Positions 12,853 to 24,295 of a stretch of DNA of 64,000 nucleotides are shown here, in pieces. This DNA comes from Puccinia triticina (lineage: Eukaryota): contig CP110439.1 in the NCBI GenBank assembly GCA_026914245.1, positions 1 to 64,000 on the forward strand, in the 5' to 3' direction. The translations under genes and the position numbers were made by a program. How positions within the stretch are numbered: position 1 is the stretch's first letter; every line of letters starts with the position of its first letter. Below the pieces are notes generated by a model. That model ran no database searches. It was not told the DNA's origin and saw only the letters and a program-made list of their open reading frames with translations.

Positions 12853-13484
12853 TCATACTTGGTCCTCCAGTTTGGCAATCCTCGCATCCACGTCGCTCTT
12901 CCCCTTTCCTTTCTTTGGGCAGCTCCTCGCAATGTGACCCTTCTCGCCGCAAAAGAAACAAAGTCCGGCTCGCATCATGCTGGCCTTGTCCGCGCTCGTG
13001 AGCGGGCCTCTCATTGCCGAGACGTCCATGGCGTTAGGGTCGGCCGCTGTAGCTGTGAGGTCTGTCGCGTACTGGTCTGCTCCGTTGATCTCGTTGTCGA
13101 TTTTCAGGGCGAGGTTGCTGAGGTCGGTCAGTGCGGTGAATTGGGTCCTAGCCAGGACTAGGGCCAACCGGATGTCTTTCTTGAGTCCCTGCTGGTATTG
13201 ACTCATGAGCGTCGTCATTTCCCAACCCGTGTTTGAGGCGTGCTGGTTGAACTGGAAGGTATAGTGCGCCACCAACTTGGTTTGTTTCAGCAGTCTCAGC
13301 TCGGGACTTCCGCTCGGTGTCGTAGTACATCATCTGGAAGGCCGTGGCGAATTCGAGGTACGATACCGGGTGTCCGGCGAACAGCTTCGTCGTGAATGGC
13401 TGAGCCCATTCGCTGGCTTGGCCGGTGAGGTATGAGATCGAGAAAATGATCCTGCTACGGTCGTCGGGGAACATCCGGGGGTTA
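12853..13484 (-). pseudogene. Gypsy B gag, 3' part (CCHC knuckle CFFCGEKGHIARSC)
   Basis: Retrotrans_gag-like SYLTGQASEWA and zinc knuckle; internal frameshift; cut at 13484 by the giant transposon. Confidence 0.9.
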
Positions 13485-16400
13485 CACCAGGGAGGAATGT
13501 GTTGCACTCTCTAGAGAGTGCCATACCGTAATTTCTTTCTTGAACCGTCACAGATGTCATCTTCCAGGAGGCAAGCGGCAATATTCAACGCAATTTGATG
13601 TTATTCTCATCTCAATCTTGTCTCATATGTGGCTTAACATGAATGGTGAATCATGTTCACACAATCTGATGCGGTTGTCAAGTGGGGGGTAAGTTGAACT
13701 GTTAATGAACCCAATTGGGTGTCCTCCTTGTGGTCATACCTTCTGGTCACACTGGGTGCACATTCATAATTTTCATTGCTGAGATGTTTATAATGCCCCG
13801 CATTTTAGGCGGAATAAAACTTGGTTCATGGGGTTCAATTCTGTGTAGTTCTGACAGGGAAAATGGTAAATATTTCAAAAATGTGACATGGGCCAAAAAT
13901 GTGGGAGCCAGTGCTTACTTGAAGTGCTTGTGTCCGCCCAGGCCGGTCAAGTGAGGATAATTCAGCTTGACCTACACCTTTAGGCTTTCACAAGTTCAGC
14001 GCTTCTACATAGTCTTTCTCATGCAATTTAAAGTAATGTGTGACCAGAGTGGTCAGCCTTAGCAATTTTCAATGCAAAATGGCCCTGAAGAAAGAGTCAT
14101 ACCCAAAATTGGGTGATCTTAGAGATGACCTGATTCCCCCTATTCCGCAAGTGACTGGAGTGGTAATTTTTGTGTTCTCTGTCCAACCCCAAAAGCATTC
14201 CATGAGGCAGATTTTCTCAAAACTGCCTTGATGTGCTTGGTTCCACTGGTCTTTGTATATGATTCATATGCCGCAGAAGAGAGTCTAGCTGGGCTTCAAC
14301 ATGTTTCACTGAAGCGGCAACAGTGGTTTTACTTTTTTCAACAGCTCATGCAAAGTATCAGCTATCACCATCTCCTCTCACCCCCAGAAGGATGAAAGCC
14401 TTCATGTGTATAGGACAAAATCCCAATTTTTACTTCCTCTGAGAACGGGAAATTCCAGCAGCAACATAAATGGCAGTGCTGGAGACATGCTGATGTCAAT
14501 CAAAGTCCAAGTCCCATGATGATGGTACCAAGTGTCAACTTATGCAACTGGCGGACCAGTGAATCACCTGTTAACACTCACTGCCATTCGAAGGAAGTGT
14601 CCTGATCTGGATTTACCTTTCAAGGTGAAAAATCAAGATGCATGGTAGCTATGTGAAGCAGTGCGGGTCACCATCCCCTTGGATTTTCCGCTGCTCACAA
14701 GCCAAGTGACCCTCCCCTTCTTGATCTTCCGTTCCTTCTTAACGTCTTGTATCTTGATTGATCTCCTCACCATGACAGAAGCTGTAATAAAGATCGGAAG
14801 TAGAGGACCAATCACTCATGTTGCTTGCCGCAGTGCAACCAGCAAGAAAGCTCCTGAAACTCATCAAATGAATCTTTTGAAGTGCCAGCTCCCTCTGTGT
14901 GCAAGGCAATCCTCATTTGCTAATGTAAATCGTTGACTATACCACCTACAACATATCACCTCAATACGAAGTATGATGTATCCAACAATTATGTCAAGGA
15001 GCACAAGTGTCAGGATAAGATTAAATGATCCCCCACTCTGCAAAACAGAACGGTTGGATCACTTGCTGAGGGCAGTGCTGCAACACAACAGAGATAAAAT
15101 GTTGAAACATGTTGGATGAAGCAGAAGTAAGTAGGTCTTGGGTGCAATCTGGCCTGTTCACGGATGTCAGGATGACTCCTGTGTCCTGGTGATTTGCAAG
15201 CTGGCTAAGCCATGTGCACATTATTTTCTCTGCCACCGTCATCATACATTTTGAGCTTCTTGATGAACTGGCTGTTGTCTCCCCGAAGTCAATTTTCTTA
15301 AACTTCCATTTTCCAAGGTCGGCTAACGTTTCAGGTGTTTAGAAGGAACCCTTGGAATTTTTTCGTTGAAGAGTGGGCATCCTTGCGCCAAGATTCATTG
15401 AATGTTGAAATAACAGCCTGGGAACGTGAACCATCTGCAGGCATCAATCCATGTGGGAGGTAGATGAGAACAGCGTGTATGTTACATTCTATAGATGTGC
15501 ATAGAAGGGCTAGCTCAGAGGGATGAGCGTCGAACGCGCGGGAAGCATATATTACTGTTCTGGACGCTGATGGCAGCCTGGCCAGAGTGAGACTCGCTTC
15601 TTTCCATCTCCGCCTGCTCAATCAGCGCCCAATGTATGTTGGGAGGTAGCGCAAGGTGAAGATTTTGTGTACGCCTACACAGCCCAAACAACCATTGGAT
15701 GTGTCAGACCATCGGATGCTGTATGCATGTGGTCCAGGACTGTCACAACTGGCTTGGCAGGTAAGGTCTGGCTTACACTGCTGGTGCAGATGGTACCAAG
15801 AACCTTAGACACCTGTGATGCGCCGCAATAAGCGCAACCAGTTAAGGTACATGCTTCAACCTTCCTCACTTTGGCATCGTGAAGGACACAGCGGAATTTT
15901 AGTAGCTTCAGCCTGATTTGATTCACGATTGGTGAAGTTTGCTGGCTTGGCTTCAACAACAATGAAGTGGGATCAGCAGGCTGTGAGTGAAATATAATTT
16001 TACCAACAGTACATTCACATTCAACCATGCAACTGTTGGGGCAGAGTGGGGCTGGGGTGAAGGGTGGAGGTGGCGGGGCTCAATGTCATGGAAAGTTGCA
16101 ATCCAGGAGTGGCAATAGTGGAGTAAGATTCTGGGAGTGGGAAATAACGCTCATCATTGATAACGGGGGATAGGCCTCTGCAGGTGCAAGCAAGAGTTGA
16201 TGTCCACCGCAACAAACGGCCGTACATTACGGTGGACATAGGGCAGTTGACAGGGATCTACATGCCAGGTGCGGGGCCGAATAACATGTGCTGTACCTTG
16301 TGAATGAGGCAGCAGATTGATTGGAAATCGTTGTAGAGAGAGTTCTTTGCAATATATCCAAAGGTTGGAAAAAGTGCACACACAGAAGATGACAGCGTTA

Positions 16401-16694
16401 GTCATCTCGCTGCAATTTGTGAGGCAGATCAACAAAGAAGACATTGAGAATAGGAAAGTGTCATTCAATGGCGAGTAAGTCAACCCCCGGTGCAATGACG
16501 TACAGTGCGGCCACACAGAATGCAAAGCTTTCCCTTTCTGTGGAGGTGAAAGGCATGATTGGGCCTGCCGGGGGCAGCTCATGAGTCTGGTGGCAGATGA
16601 GGCCATGTTAGAAACAGCAATATATATGTCTTGGTCTAGCTTGTTCATAGGCCAACTGCATCTGCTCCCGCTCTTGTTGGTGATAGTATTGAAG

Positions 16695-17406
16695 ATGATT
16701 GAGGTTGCCGGTACCATCCACCTCTCTAACACTGACCCAAAAGAAATACAAAGTGTTGGAAATGTCATACACATCAATACTTGCCTTGATTCCGATCAGC
16801 TACCTCCCGAAATTCCCATCAACTCTCGCAAAGAGTATCTCCTGTTGCTTGAGTCCTCATCACCCACCGTTCCCCCAATATTATATGACTTCTGCACCCA
16901 GATTTTTATTTTTGGCCAACTTGTTGTACCGTTAAATTCAGTCCGCCCGATCATTCGTGTGGAGCGGAGTAAATGGCAGGTTCATCGCGGAGAGTTTCCA
17001 TTGGCGTCCGAATTCGAACGGCCGCATGTGTTTGGTACGGGGTATGTTGTGAAGGTCAAGATGAACCCAATTCGGGGGGCTGTGGAATATGTAGAATTAG
17101 TGGACAAAGACATGAATCTCGTCAGTGTTTCCTTGCTCTAACCAGAAGGAAATTGGCCTTTGCGCTTTTTCTTTTGATTTGCACGTATGCTCACTGCAAA
17201 TTCTGCAGTCTAAGCCTGCCGGTATAAAGCTCACGGCAACGAAACACCAAGCCCGGGAGGTGTTTCAAACCCTGCGACGCGGGGATTCCATCAGGTTTGG
17301 AGGTGTGGCGGCGCAAGAGGCAGACTCCGGCACGGACTTGATTTCAGTAGCTGTAAGTAGTGTGGTCAATCGATCACTGATTCTGGACGCTAAGAGCATG
17401 ATTTGA
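16695..17406 (+). CDS. Cargo gene, hypothetical beta-rich protein, possibly tandem OB-fold (boundaries approximate, spliced)
   Basis: 186-aa and 93-aa ORFs joinable by an intron (GTCAGT..TTCTGCAG, about 17121-17208); patterns IFIFGQL, HVFGTGYV, LRRGDSIRFGG. Confidence 0.5.
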
Positions 17407-18057
17407 TTCTAGGTTGAACATGCTTCAAGGCTTCCCCGATGCGAGACGACACCCTACGGCTTGAGGCAGAGTCCCAAGACGCGTTTTCAACTACGGGTAA
17501 ACGATTGGAAGCCGTCTGCAAGAGCCAGACAACACCATAGGAAGAAAGCTCACCAGAGAAAGCTCTAGTGGTATCCCAAGATGCAGTTTGTGGCCTCTTG
17601 AATGCTTCTCCTTGCCTTCAAGGTCCAGCATTAGCCTCTTCAACCTTGTCGATTATCTCCCCACTCAACTCCCTGGACATGTACCATCTCTCATCTCCCC
17701 CTTGTCGGGCTTTAAAATATGACTGCTTGCTCTTGAGTTGATTCCAAACTTCACATTAGGTGTCTAGGAGCAGCGCTTGGCATTTGTCACTGCGCGCTTA
17801 GAACTCTCCCATACCTGGGGCACAGAGAGCGCCAAAAATGAAAGCGTTGCTTCATTCCGTGATGAAGAAATCCATTTACGTATGAAGAGGATCTACACGC
17901 ACAATGAGCAATTGAGATGGAGAGGAAAAAGAGGGAAGTCCCCTAGTATAGATTGGAGCAATAAGTGAGAGAGTGGTGAACCAGGAATTTGAAAACATCT
18001 TACAGCAGGGGAGAAGTAGCATTTCGAGGACTATTGTTCATAAGACATACTGAAGAG

Positions 18058-20573
18058 TTATATGCCAGTTATTTGCGCGTCAGCGTGTGGAAGAAGAAAC
18101 GGAGAAGTGGGGTTCCAGGCCTGCCATTGATTGAGGAAATCATGAGCAATGGCCTCGGCAAGATCGAACCGAGTTGGGACTTTCACCTCGGCAAGGGGGC
18201 AGATCTTCTCCTTAGATTGAAAGACGGGACGGAAAATCTGGACAAGATATGCAGAAAGATTTTTCCATATTGGCTCTTCAGCTGTGTGTGGTGCAGTCGA
18301 GTGCTGTCGGATGATGGACATTGCTTGGAGGAATGACATGCATGTCGAGTTCCCAGAAATGCGGTGGTCCTTCGAAGTGATGAAGAGCCCGCGGACTCCA
18401 GCAAGCACAAAATACACCAGGGGTTGAAAATTCTGTTTTTTTTGATACTTTTGGAGGTGATGGACAGCGTCTTCTGATTTTTGGGCCAGGTCTGATGGAG
18501 CCGCCGGGACTGGAGTCAACGTTTCTGGTGTGATGTTCACGGCCGTTTCGGCGCGCTGTGCTCGGAGGTGTGCCTTCTTCTGAGCTGACGTCAACGGTGC
18601 TTTGCTGAGGAAGTGGGTCTGGAAAATGATGTACGCCATCAATACATCAATGATGACATTCCGGAATTCGTGAAGGACATCGACAGAGTGAAAACGCTGT
18701 GCCGGGGGTGGGGAAGGATCCTGACTCTCCTGAGGCGGGTCAAAGCTGGAAGAGGCGTTCTTCAAACCATCAAGATAGGCAAGAGCTTCGACGCCATGAG
18801 TGATTTCATCCTCCGCTTGATTGGAGCACGGTGGAGGTGGTCGGAAGAGATTGTCAGCCATCAGTTCAACCGAAGCCGCAATGATCCTGGCCCAGTCGGC
18901 GTGTAATCGTTGAGGAGGGTGGAGAAGTCGGTAAAGGCCGCGCACGATGGTGGATTCAGGATGTGGGGTTTTTGTGACAGTTGGGATAAAAGAACCCGGT
19001 CGGAGGTAATTGGACTTGTCACCAAAACCGGTGAGCTTGGGGAAGTCGATAAGGTCCGGGCAATACCATTTCTCCCCTGTAGAAGGCGACAAGAACTTCC
19101 CGGCTGGGATAGACACATTGTCAGTTGTGAGGACTGGGAACAGGGAAGGAGATACACTCACCAAGCGACGTAATTGTTTGAATCCATATTTCATATGAGC
19201 AGGGTGTACGGCGCAGATGAAATGTCGGGCGTGCTGGAGTTGTTGGGTGCATAGCCCTTGCACGATTCTGGAGCAAGGGGGAAAGTGAGGTCCAAGTTTT
19301 CTGATACTTCGTCCAGGATGGTTTGGAGCCGCTAAACTCGTGGTGAATCGCAACCACCTGCGCACGTACAGCGTCGGACTTAAGGATTGTAAGCTTCCCA
19401 GATTGACGGGGCGTAGACGACGAGGCTGACTGGTTTTCGCTGGGGTTGGAGTTTGATGTGGTGGATTCGTGGTTAGGTGTAGCCAAGGATTGAGCGCTGA
19501 GGTCCGGAGTAGGGGGATGGAACAGTGGCGGACCATCGGCCAGACCTGACGATGGTCCAGAAGATTTGGGGGGCTGAGGGCTGTCAGCCGCATTTGACGG
19601 TGCTACCGGGTCATCCGGACAATCGGATTCAACTTGAGTGGGACCATGAGGCGGAGCAGGAGCTGCGTTTTTCTGGGCAGAACCTTCAGCGTGATCGAGA
19701 AGAGGTGATGGTCTATCGCCAGCCGGCTCCCATGGGTTGTCAACGGGCTCAGTGGCGCTAGAATTGGCCGCTAATGGCCCTCCATGGGCAGACGTGCTCG
19801 AGGACGGATGACCAGCTGGAAGTCGGCTGAGTTGGCCGTCGGTCACGGCTGGAGGTTGGCCAGGTCCTTCGGAGGTGGGGTTGGTGTTGGGGCCCTTCGT
19901 GAGCAGATCAACCGGCTTCACAGTACTGGGTTTTGTGGAACGTTTGCGGGTACTTCGTTTGCGTAGCTGAGGGGCTGTGTGAGGGGTGGAAGGTGACTGA
20001 TTGGACGGATTTTGGATCTTGATGTCCTCTTCTTCAGGGATAACACCTGTTTCCTCCCATTCTTGGTAGCACACAGGAGAGTAAGTATATGGAACATGGC
20101 ATGAGCAGCGAATACGCGAGGCACACACTTTTTTTGCTGGTGGTCAGTGAAGCGGCTAGTTCTTCGGCTTTGCGTTTGCAGTTGCGAGGAAGCTTGAGGG
20201 CAAGGATTTGGGCAGCTGATCGCGTGGCTGCATCAATCGATCTGCCAAATTCTTCTGCTGTGATCTCCTGGATTTCTGTCCGGAGAACCGATTCTTGAGG
20301 ATTAAGTGAGGCTAGGGCAGGGGAAGATGCATTCTGAAGGACGAATTCGTTGAAAGATGGTGGCTGGTGTGGCTTTGGTATGAAGTTGTGCTGAAGGTCC
20401 TGTTCGGCTGGGAGAAATATGATGAATTAGCATGGCGATCGGTCGTCTGGCGCAAGATGCAAGGTGGGAGAAGACTGACTCGGAGGGGGAGTGGAGGCGG
20501 ACGGATCAGAGTCCATACAAGATTGTGAGTTGTTGGGAGCAGGATCGTTCGGGAAGGGAGGGATATCCATCAT
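18058..20573 (-). CDS. Cargo gene, large hypothetical protein (Pro/Ser-rich N-half, helical C-half), multi-exon
   Basis: The 335-aa and 511-aa ORFs join via a GTGAGT..CTGAC..CAG intron (about 19161-19104); further upstream exons inferred; no recognised domain. Confidence 0.7.
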
Positions 20574-21457
20574 CGAATCCCTGGAGAAGAGCGAGTGGAG
20601 ATGGGAGCAACGGTAAAATTTTGGAGAATAGAGGGGGGAATGATTGCAGCGACCAACTATTTATGTGTATCAAGTGGCTGGTGGCCTTTGTGCTCGACCA
20701 GACTTCAGAGCCTTTGTGAGCCTGGTTTGACCTTCTAGCCTTTGGCGCAGATGGCCTTTGACTGAGTCTGCAGCCTGCACAGAGCCAGATGCATCATCAA
20801 CTTTCACATCTCGAACTGCTGATGACTTCATCTGCTGACTTTGAGGCATGTGAGTCTCACATTGGGATGATGTCACACCACTGACAACAGAATAGAGCTT
20901 AAGGATACACATCCGCCTCTGTATCTGTGAGCATGCTTGGACTGAGGTGGGGATGACGAAGGGCAAGGGCAGATGTTTGTGGAGATGATGTTAAGTGCAG
21001 CTTGCGCCATAGTGTGCATATTATTGGTTGCAAGGTTGAGTCGGTGATGTCTAGGCGGGCGTTTTGAGGGGAGTCGATGGTGAATTTGAGGTGAAGGTGG
21101 CATGCATAAGTGGGGGATAAGACTGGATCAGACTGTCTGCATCTATATTCCCCGGCCCAGGTGTGGTGCCAAACGTGAGAGAAGGAATGAAGTGTAACTG
21201 GGTGGTTGGTCAGCGTGCAGTTAGGAGCAGGCAACCAAGCGGGGGTGATAATCTCAGTGCGTGTGTCACCCGGGGAAGACCATCACCACCATGCACGCGC
21301 GGCAGATATGAGTGTAGGTGGGTGTTAACAATCAGCAGGTGAGCAGCCTCGGTGACTTCAACACAGGATGTATTTGTGTATATAAACATGTAATAGGAAT
21401 ATCAGGATAGGAGAGGTGCAAGTGCCGCGGGCCTGGCCAGAGGAGTGAGGAGGTATT

Positions 21458-21495
21458 TGTCCACCCTGACGTTCGGCCGAACGTCAGGGTGGACA
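21458..21495. repeat. 38-bp palindrome, copy 1 (perfect)
   Basis: TGTCCACCCTGACGTTCGG|CCGAACGTCAGGGTGGACA. Confidence 0.97.
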
Positions 21496-21686
21496 TTCAC
21501 CTGCGTGCCCAGTGATCTGTGAATATGTCACAATCGTGACACCCATACCGACCTGATGTGAATTTGGACATCGTCAACTACCAGGGCGAGCAACGAGGAC
21601 ACATTGGTTCAAGGTTGCGTGTGGAGGCGAGAGGAAAGAAGTCTCCTCTAGTAGCATTGACAAGTGTACACACAGCTGGGAACGAG

Positions 21687-21792
21687 GCGAAATGTCCACC
21701 GTCATGTTCGGCCGAACATGAGGGTGGACATTTCGCGACCACTCACCCTTGGGCTGTCCACCCTCATGTTCGGCCGAACATGACGGTGGACA
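21687..21792. repeat. 38-bp palindrome, copies 2 (21693-21730) and 3 (21755-21792)
   Basis: Each has one arm mismatch; copy 3 is the exact reverse complement of copy 2; copy 2 extends by GCGAAA/TTTCGC. Confidence 0.97.
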
Positions 21793-22111
21793 TTTCAGCT
21801 CAGTTGACGCTGGGTCTATGATATTGCAATGGACATTGACATGACCGTACTGTCAGCTGGCTCACAGGGATTTCACACCAGCATTCAGGCAAAAGAGTCA
21901 AACACCTCTCTCCAGAGCATGACTTATGGTCACACTCGAAGCCCCATGGGAGCCATCGCATATTGTACCGCCCCGGTTCCGTCCACATATGTACTAAGGA
22001 GTCACCGTGAGGGTTGGTTGACGTCATGTCAATCTTCGGCCATTTGACATGGATAACGCTAGGACTAACAGAGACATAGGGAAAATCTAGTAATCGGTTC
22101 AGGAGCAACAA

Positions 22112-23817
22112 TCAACCATCCACGTGCATTGAAGCGTCTCCACCAGCGGGTGTTGGCTGGCCGCCAGTGCCTCCCCCGCCTGTCGCATGGGCATCTGATC
22201 CAGTTCCGCCGCCTGGAGCTGCCGCGGTCAAGCCAGACGCCGAGGGTCCAGGTTGCAGGTTGCAACTCAGTTGCATCTTCTGCGCAATCAAATCGAGACC
22301 CATGGCAGGCACTTTTGATAAGGTGTCCCGCTCGAAAGAAGTGAGCCGAGACAAGTAGGCTTTGGCGTAAGAATCCAATGGGAGATTGCGCGGGACACCG
22401 ACCATTCCTTTAGTCGTCTTGAAGTTACGGGCGGACCGACCATAGAGTTTGAGATTGGCAGCAATAGTTTTGTGATGTTCCGCCTCCGCGATGACCATCT
22501 TGTCGAGACTGTGCAGGATTGTCGTGAGCTCGGCGCTGCGCCAGTCCGGGATGAGTGAAACAGGGGCCCGGTCAGCGCCGGCATCTTCGATATCGGAGCC
22601 GCAACCTTTATCCTCCACAATCCGGGCGAGTTGAATATCAGTCTTGTACATTTTGTCCGCGATTGTGCAGCGGTTTTTGTGGATCTAGAAGACGACATTT
22701 GGACATCAATTAGGAAAGCTTTTTATCTTTCATTCTGCTGGGCAGAATTTGGTGGGCAAGGCTTACCCTGTTCTTCCATCGCTTACATTGGTCCTTCGTA
22801 GCCTTCGTGTTTTTGAGTTTTTCATACTCGGCAACTTCCATGTTGCCAAAATCGTTCAGTTCACGCGCCTTGGTCTTGAGCCATCGTTGTATGAGCGCGG
22901 GCGCTTGACCAGCCTTGGACTCATCGAGGGGCTGGGTGCGGCGAATCCAGTCAACTGCTCTTGTTGCGAGAACCTCAATAACAGCTGAGTTCCACGCAGA
23001 GGTGCGGCCCGTATGCACCGCATCCCATTCGAACGTGACTCTAGATATTCCTGCCAAAGCAAAGGCTCGCTCGACATCGGCCTGGGTTTGAAAACTTATT
23101 GGCTTTGATAAGTTGCCAGGACCCTTGCGGACGGCTGCAGTGAACCGTGGCAAGACGATGTTCCGGCGGATTTCTTTTTCGGCACTGGCAACGTAGTAGT
23201 CGACCTCGGCGGCGGGTCTTCCATGGAGAGCCTTGCGTACTCTTTCAAGCTGTGCGACTATCACACCGCTCCTCTCCTCAATCCAATATAGGTCCCGGAG
23301 TTCTTTTTCGGTTGGCGTAACCGGATAGTCTTGAGGCTTATCTGGATTGCCAAGAAAGAATTTCACAAAACCCTGGATACTGCGAGACAGAACATCGTGG
23401 TGCGCTGCAAGAGCTCCCTTTCCCGCGATCCCTCTGACTCGGCGCCCCGATCGTTTCTTGTCTTCGGCCTCTTCAGCCAGAATTCGTGCTTTCCTCGCAT
23501 TGGCGACCACAAACTCGGGGCCCAGCCGCTCATCATCATCGCCAGTAGGTGGGCCCTGACCCTCTGCGCCCCTAGTCTGACCTGCAACAGGACAAGTGTC
23601 AGCGGTCGGCAAATGAAGTCCTCCAGCAGGACCCACACTTGCCTGCAGTATCCGTTTGCATCGCCGCATCGGCAGCTGAAGATCCTCCTTGTGCTATGAA
23701 TTTTGGCACTAGCTTATCCACCAGATCGGAGATCCATGACTGGTCGCCTCCAGAAGGAGCGGGAACACTACCCTCTGGTCCTGGGTCCTCGGGGGGATTT
23801 GGAGGATTCGAGGTCAT
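22112..23817 (-). CDS. Transposon accessory protein, paralog A (3 exons inferred)
   Basis: 72-, 319- and 179-aa ORFs joined by introns (KRWKNR|GTAAGC...TAG|IHKNR); motifs TFEWD, SAWN, WRSAEL..LD, VPRNLPLDSY..YLSRL. Confidence 0.8.
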
Positions 23818-24295
23818 GATGAAAATGGTTAGATGGGTCTCTGATGCGAAATCCCACGCAAAGCCCTAATATTGAGTGATGATGAAGGTTTTTGTGGTTG
23901 TAACAAGGAGCGCTGGGATAGGATTTGGTATTTCGCAACACAAAGTCGGAGCCAAGAACGGGGAACAAGAGTCAAGTATGCTAGTGGGAAGTCGGTCAGA
24001 CATGAGACATAACTTCACAATTCAGACACAATTCAGACAGGCCGCTCTTCAATATTCCCCCTTGCTCAGGATTTCTTCCGGATGCCTTTGGTACCACACA
24101 AAGGCCAATGTTTATGCCATCCGCAATGGTGCCCTCGTAATAATCTGCCCACCTCCTCTGAAGCCTGCTGTGCAGTTTACCACCTCCCCTTTGATCCATC
24201 CCGAAGTTTAATCATCCGCCAGGCCTTCCCACCCCTACGTAATGCCCAAACACGCCAAACCAGCTCACTCAGCAACACACCAACCGTCAGCAAAA

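Noticed and set aside
9390..13201. Many plus-strand ORFs over Gypsy B
   Set aside because: Antisense shadows of GC-rich coding sequence.
13530..16580. Short ORFs in the left arm of the giant element (similarly 33430-34490)
   Set aside because: No recognisable motifs or consistent gene model; may be decayed cargo.
19100..19600. Apparent frameshift between the 335-aa and 511-aa ORFs
   Set aside because: Explained by a canonical GT-AG intron with a CTGAC branch site.
21458..21792. Palindromic repeats as a CRISPR-like array
   Set aside because: Eukaryotic context, irregular spacing, only two or three copies per cluster, no cas-like genes.
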